NCBI GenBank assembly: GCA_049511995.1
Contig: JBEKXO010000009.1
Location: forward strand, 2,333 to 66,332
Length of the DNA stretch: 64,000 nt
Reading direction: 5' to 3'
From: Terriglobales bacterium
GTDB lineage: Bacteria; Acidobacteriota; Terriglobia; Terriglobales; Acidobacteriaceae
In this document: positions 62,959-64,000 of the stretch, piece after piece
Position numbering within the stretch: the stretch's first letter is position 1
Layout: each line of letters begins with the position of its first letter
The notes under the pieces: generated by a model
What the model saw: the letters and a program-made list of their open reading frames with translations, nothing else
The model's database searches: none
Told to the model about the DNA's origin: nothing
Position numbers and translations under genes: made by a program

Positions 62959-64000
62959 AATTCCGTGGGCTGATTTTTGCCAATCTCTTTCGCAAGAAGC
63001 TTCGGCTGATCCTCACGGTCGGATCGTTTGCGGTGGCGCTGTTTCTTTTTGCCTTTCTTGCCGTGGTGCGAGGTGCTTTTAACCGCGGCGCGGACATCGC
63101 GGGTGCGGATCGGCTGGTCACGATCAATCGTGTCTCCATCATTAACCCGCTGCCGTTGGCCTACCGCGACAAGATTCAACGCATCCCGGGCGTCAAGTAC
63201 GTTACGCACAACAATTGGTTCGGTGGCGTTTATCAGGAGGAGAAAAACTTTTTTCCTCAGTTCGTGATCGATGTCGAGAATCAGCGCCAGGTCATGTCTG
63301 AACTGGCGGTTCCCGATGACCAGTGGCAGAACTTTGTAAAAGACCGCCAGGGTGCGATTGCCGGCGCGAAAACCGCGCAGCGCTTCGGCTGGAAAGTCGG
63401 TGACCGCATTCCCGTCAAGAATGCTGGCTATGGCAACACTGGCACGTGGGAATTCAATCTCGATGGCATCTATCACAGTCAGCACGCGGGCGGCGACGAG
63501 AGCCAGTTTTGGTTTCAATGGGATTACTTCGAAGAGCGTGTGCCGGAGACGTTCAAGGGCAACGTCGGATGGTACGTCGTAAGACTCAACAGCCCCGATG
63601 ACGCCGTGAGGGTCGCAAAGGCAATTGACGACATGGCGGCCAACTCTTCCTTCGAAACGAAAACAGAGACGGAATCCGAGTTCGCCGCCAGTTGGGTCAA
63701 GCAATTTGGAAACATCCAATTTCTCATCCTGACCATCGGCAGCGTCGTATTTTTCACACTGCTCCTAGTGACTGGCAATACGATGGCGATTTCGGTGCGC
63801 GAACGTGCCGGCGAACTGGCTGTTCTCAAGGCGATCGGTTACAGCGATCGCTGGGTTCTTTTCTTTGTGCTGGCCGAATCTCTTATCATTGCGGCGGTTG
63901 GTGGTCTTCTCGGCCTCGGGCTCGCGTTACTGGCAATCCCGGCTCTGGGCGCGGCTTTGAATGGATTGCTTCCCACACTTCTCTTGTCTCCTGAAATTCT
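62955..64000 (+). CDS. ABC transporter permease, FtsX/MacB-like, 3'-truncated by the window edge
   Basis: ATG 62955 overlaps the upstream stop (ATGA). I translated the frame by hand to base 64000 without a stop ([30 protein letters not shown]...NTMAISVRERAGELAVLKAIGY). It is absent from the ORF track because there is no stop. Confidence 0.85.
   Translation, partial: MKFRGLIFANLFRKKLRLILTVGSFAVALFLFAFLAVVRGAFNRGADIAGADRLVTINRVSIINPLPLAYRDKIQRIPGVKYVTHNNWFGGVYQEEKNFFPQFVIDVENQRQVMSELAVPDDQWQNFVKDRQGAIAGAKTAQRFGWKVGDRIPVKNAGYGNTGTWEFNLDGIYHSQHAGGDESQFWFQWDYFEERVPETFKGNVGWYVVRLNSPDDAVRVAKAIDDMAANSSFETKTETESEFAASWVKQFGNIQFLILTIGSVVFFTLLLVTGNTMAISVRERAGELAVLKAIGYSDRWVLFFVLAESLIIAAVGGLLGLGLALLAIPALGAALNGLLPTLLLSPEI

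Noticed and set aside
62805-63719. 304-aa ORF on the minus strand
   Set aside because: It is antisense to the FtsX/MacB-type permease. I translated the permease by hand from ATG 62955 (ATGA-coupled to the ATPase) to the window end. The minus-strand product is low-complexity and Arg-rich.

Overview
The window is 64 kb of chromosome at roughly 58-62% G+C in the lines I hand-counted. It is densely coding on both strands. The gene content suggests an Acidobacteriota-like genome, though this is inference, not a search result. The clues are a roughly 1140-aa TonB-dependent receptor with an N-terminal carboxypeptidase-regulatory-like domain, an HAF-repeat secreted protein, GAF/PP2C sensor phosphatases, and intergenic 'SAFSIQH'-type repeat arrays.

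Most genes are ordinary housekeeping or transport:
- lnt, prfB, rarA, tsaC, mrdA, tldD/pmbA, bfr and tRNA-Ser(GGA)
- phnDCE, an EmrAB-TolC-type efflux operon and a MacAB-like ABC efflux operon

Five things stand out.
1. A translationally coupled two-gene module lies at 19166-20402. It encodes a DarT-like (DUF4433-type) ADP-ribosyltransferase with an apparent H-Y-E triad. Its 235-aa partner shows no macrodomain (DarG), NADAR or ARH hallmarks that I can see. The module has lower G+C than its flanks and is wedged between mrdA and tldD. It is my best candidate for an undescribed toxin-antitoxin or defence variant.
2. prfB carries the classical +1 programmed frameshift (GGGAG-TAT-CTT-TGA-C), which the ORF track cannot show.
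3. A family of degenerate heptamer tandem arrays sits at gene 3' ends, often as inverted pairs. One inverted pair brackets a decayed four-helix-bundle (23S rRNA IVS protein family) gene carrying two compensating frameshifts.
4. A TetR-controlled locus may serve poly-3-hydroxybutyrate/3-hydroxybutyrate use. It contains a TonB receptor, two hydrolases and a divergent 3-hydroxybutyrate dehydrogenase.
5. A methyltransferase / radical-SAM-SPASM / small Cys-containing ORF / transglutaminase string follows phnDCE.

All family assignments come from motif recognition by eye. No HMM or BLAST search was run.
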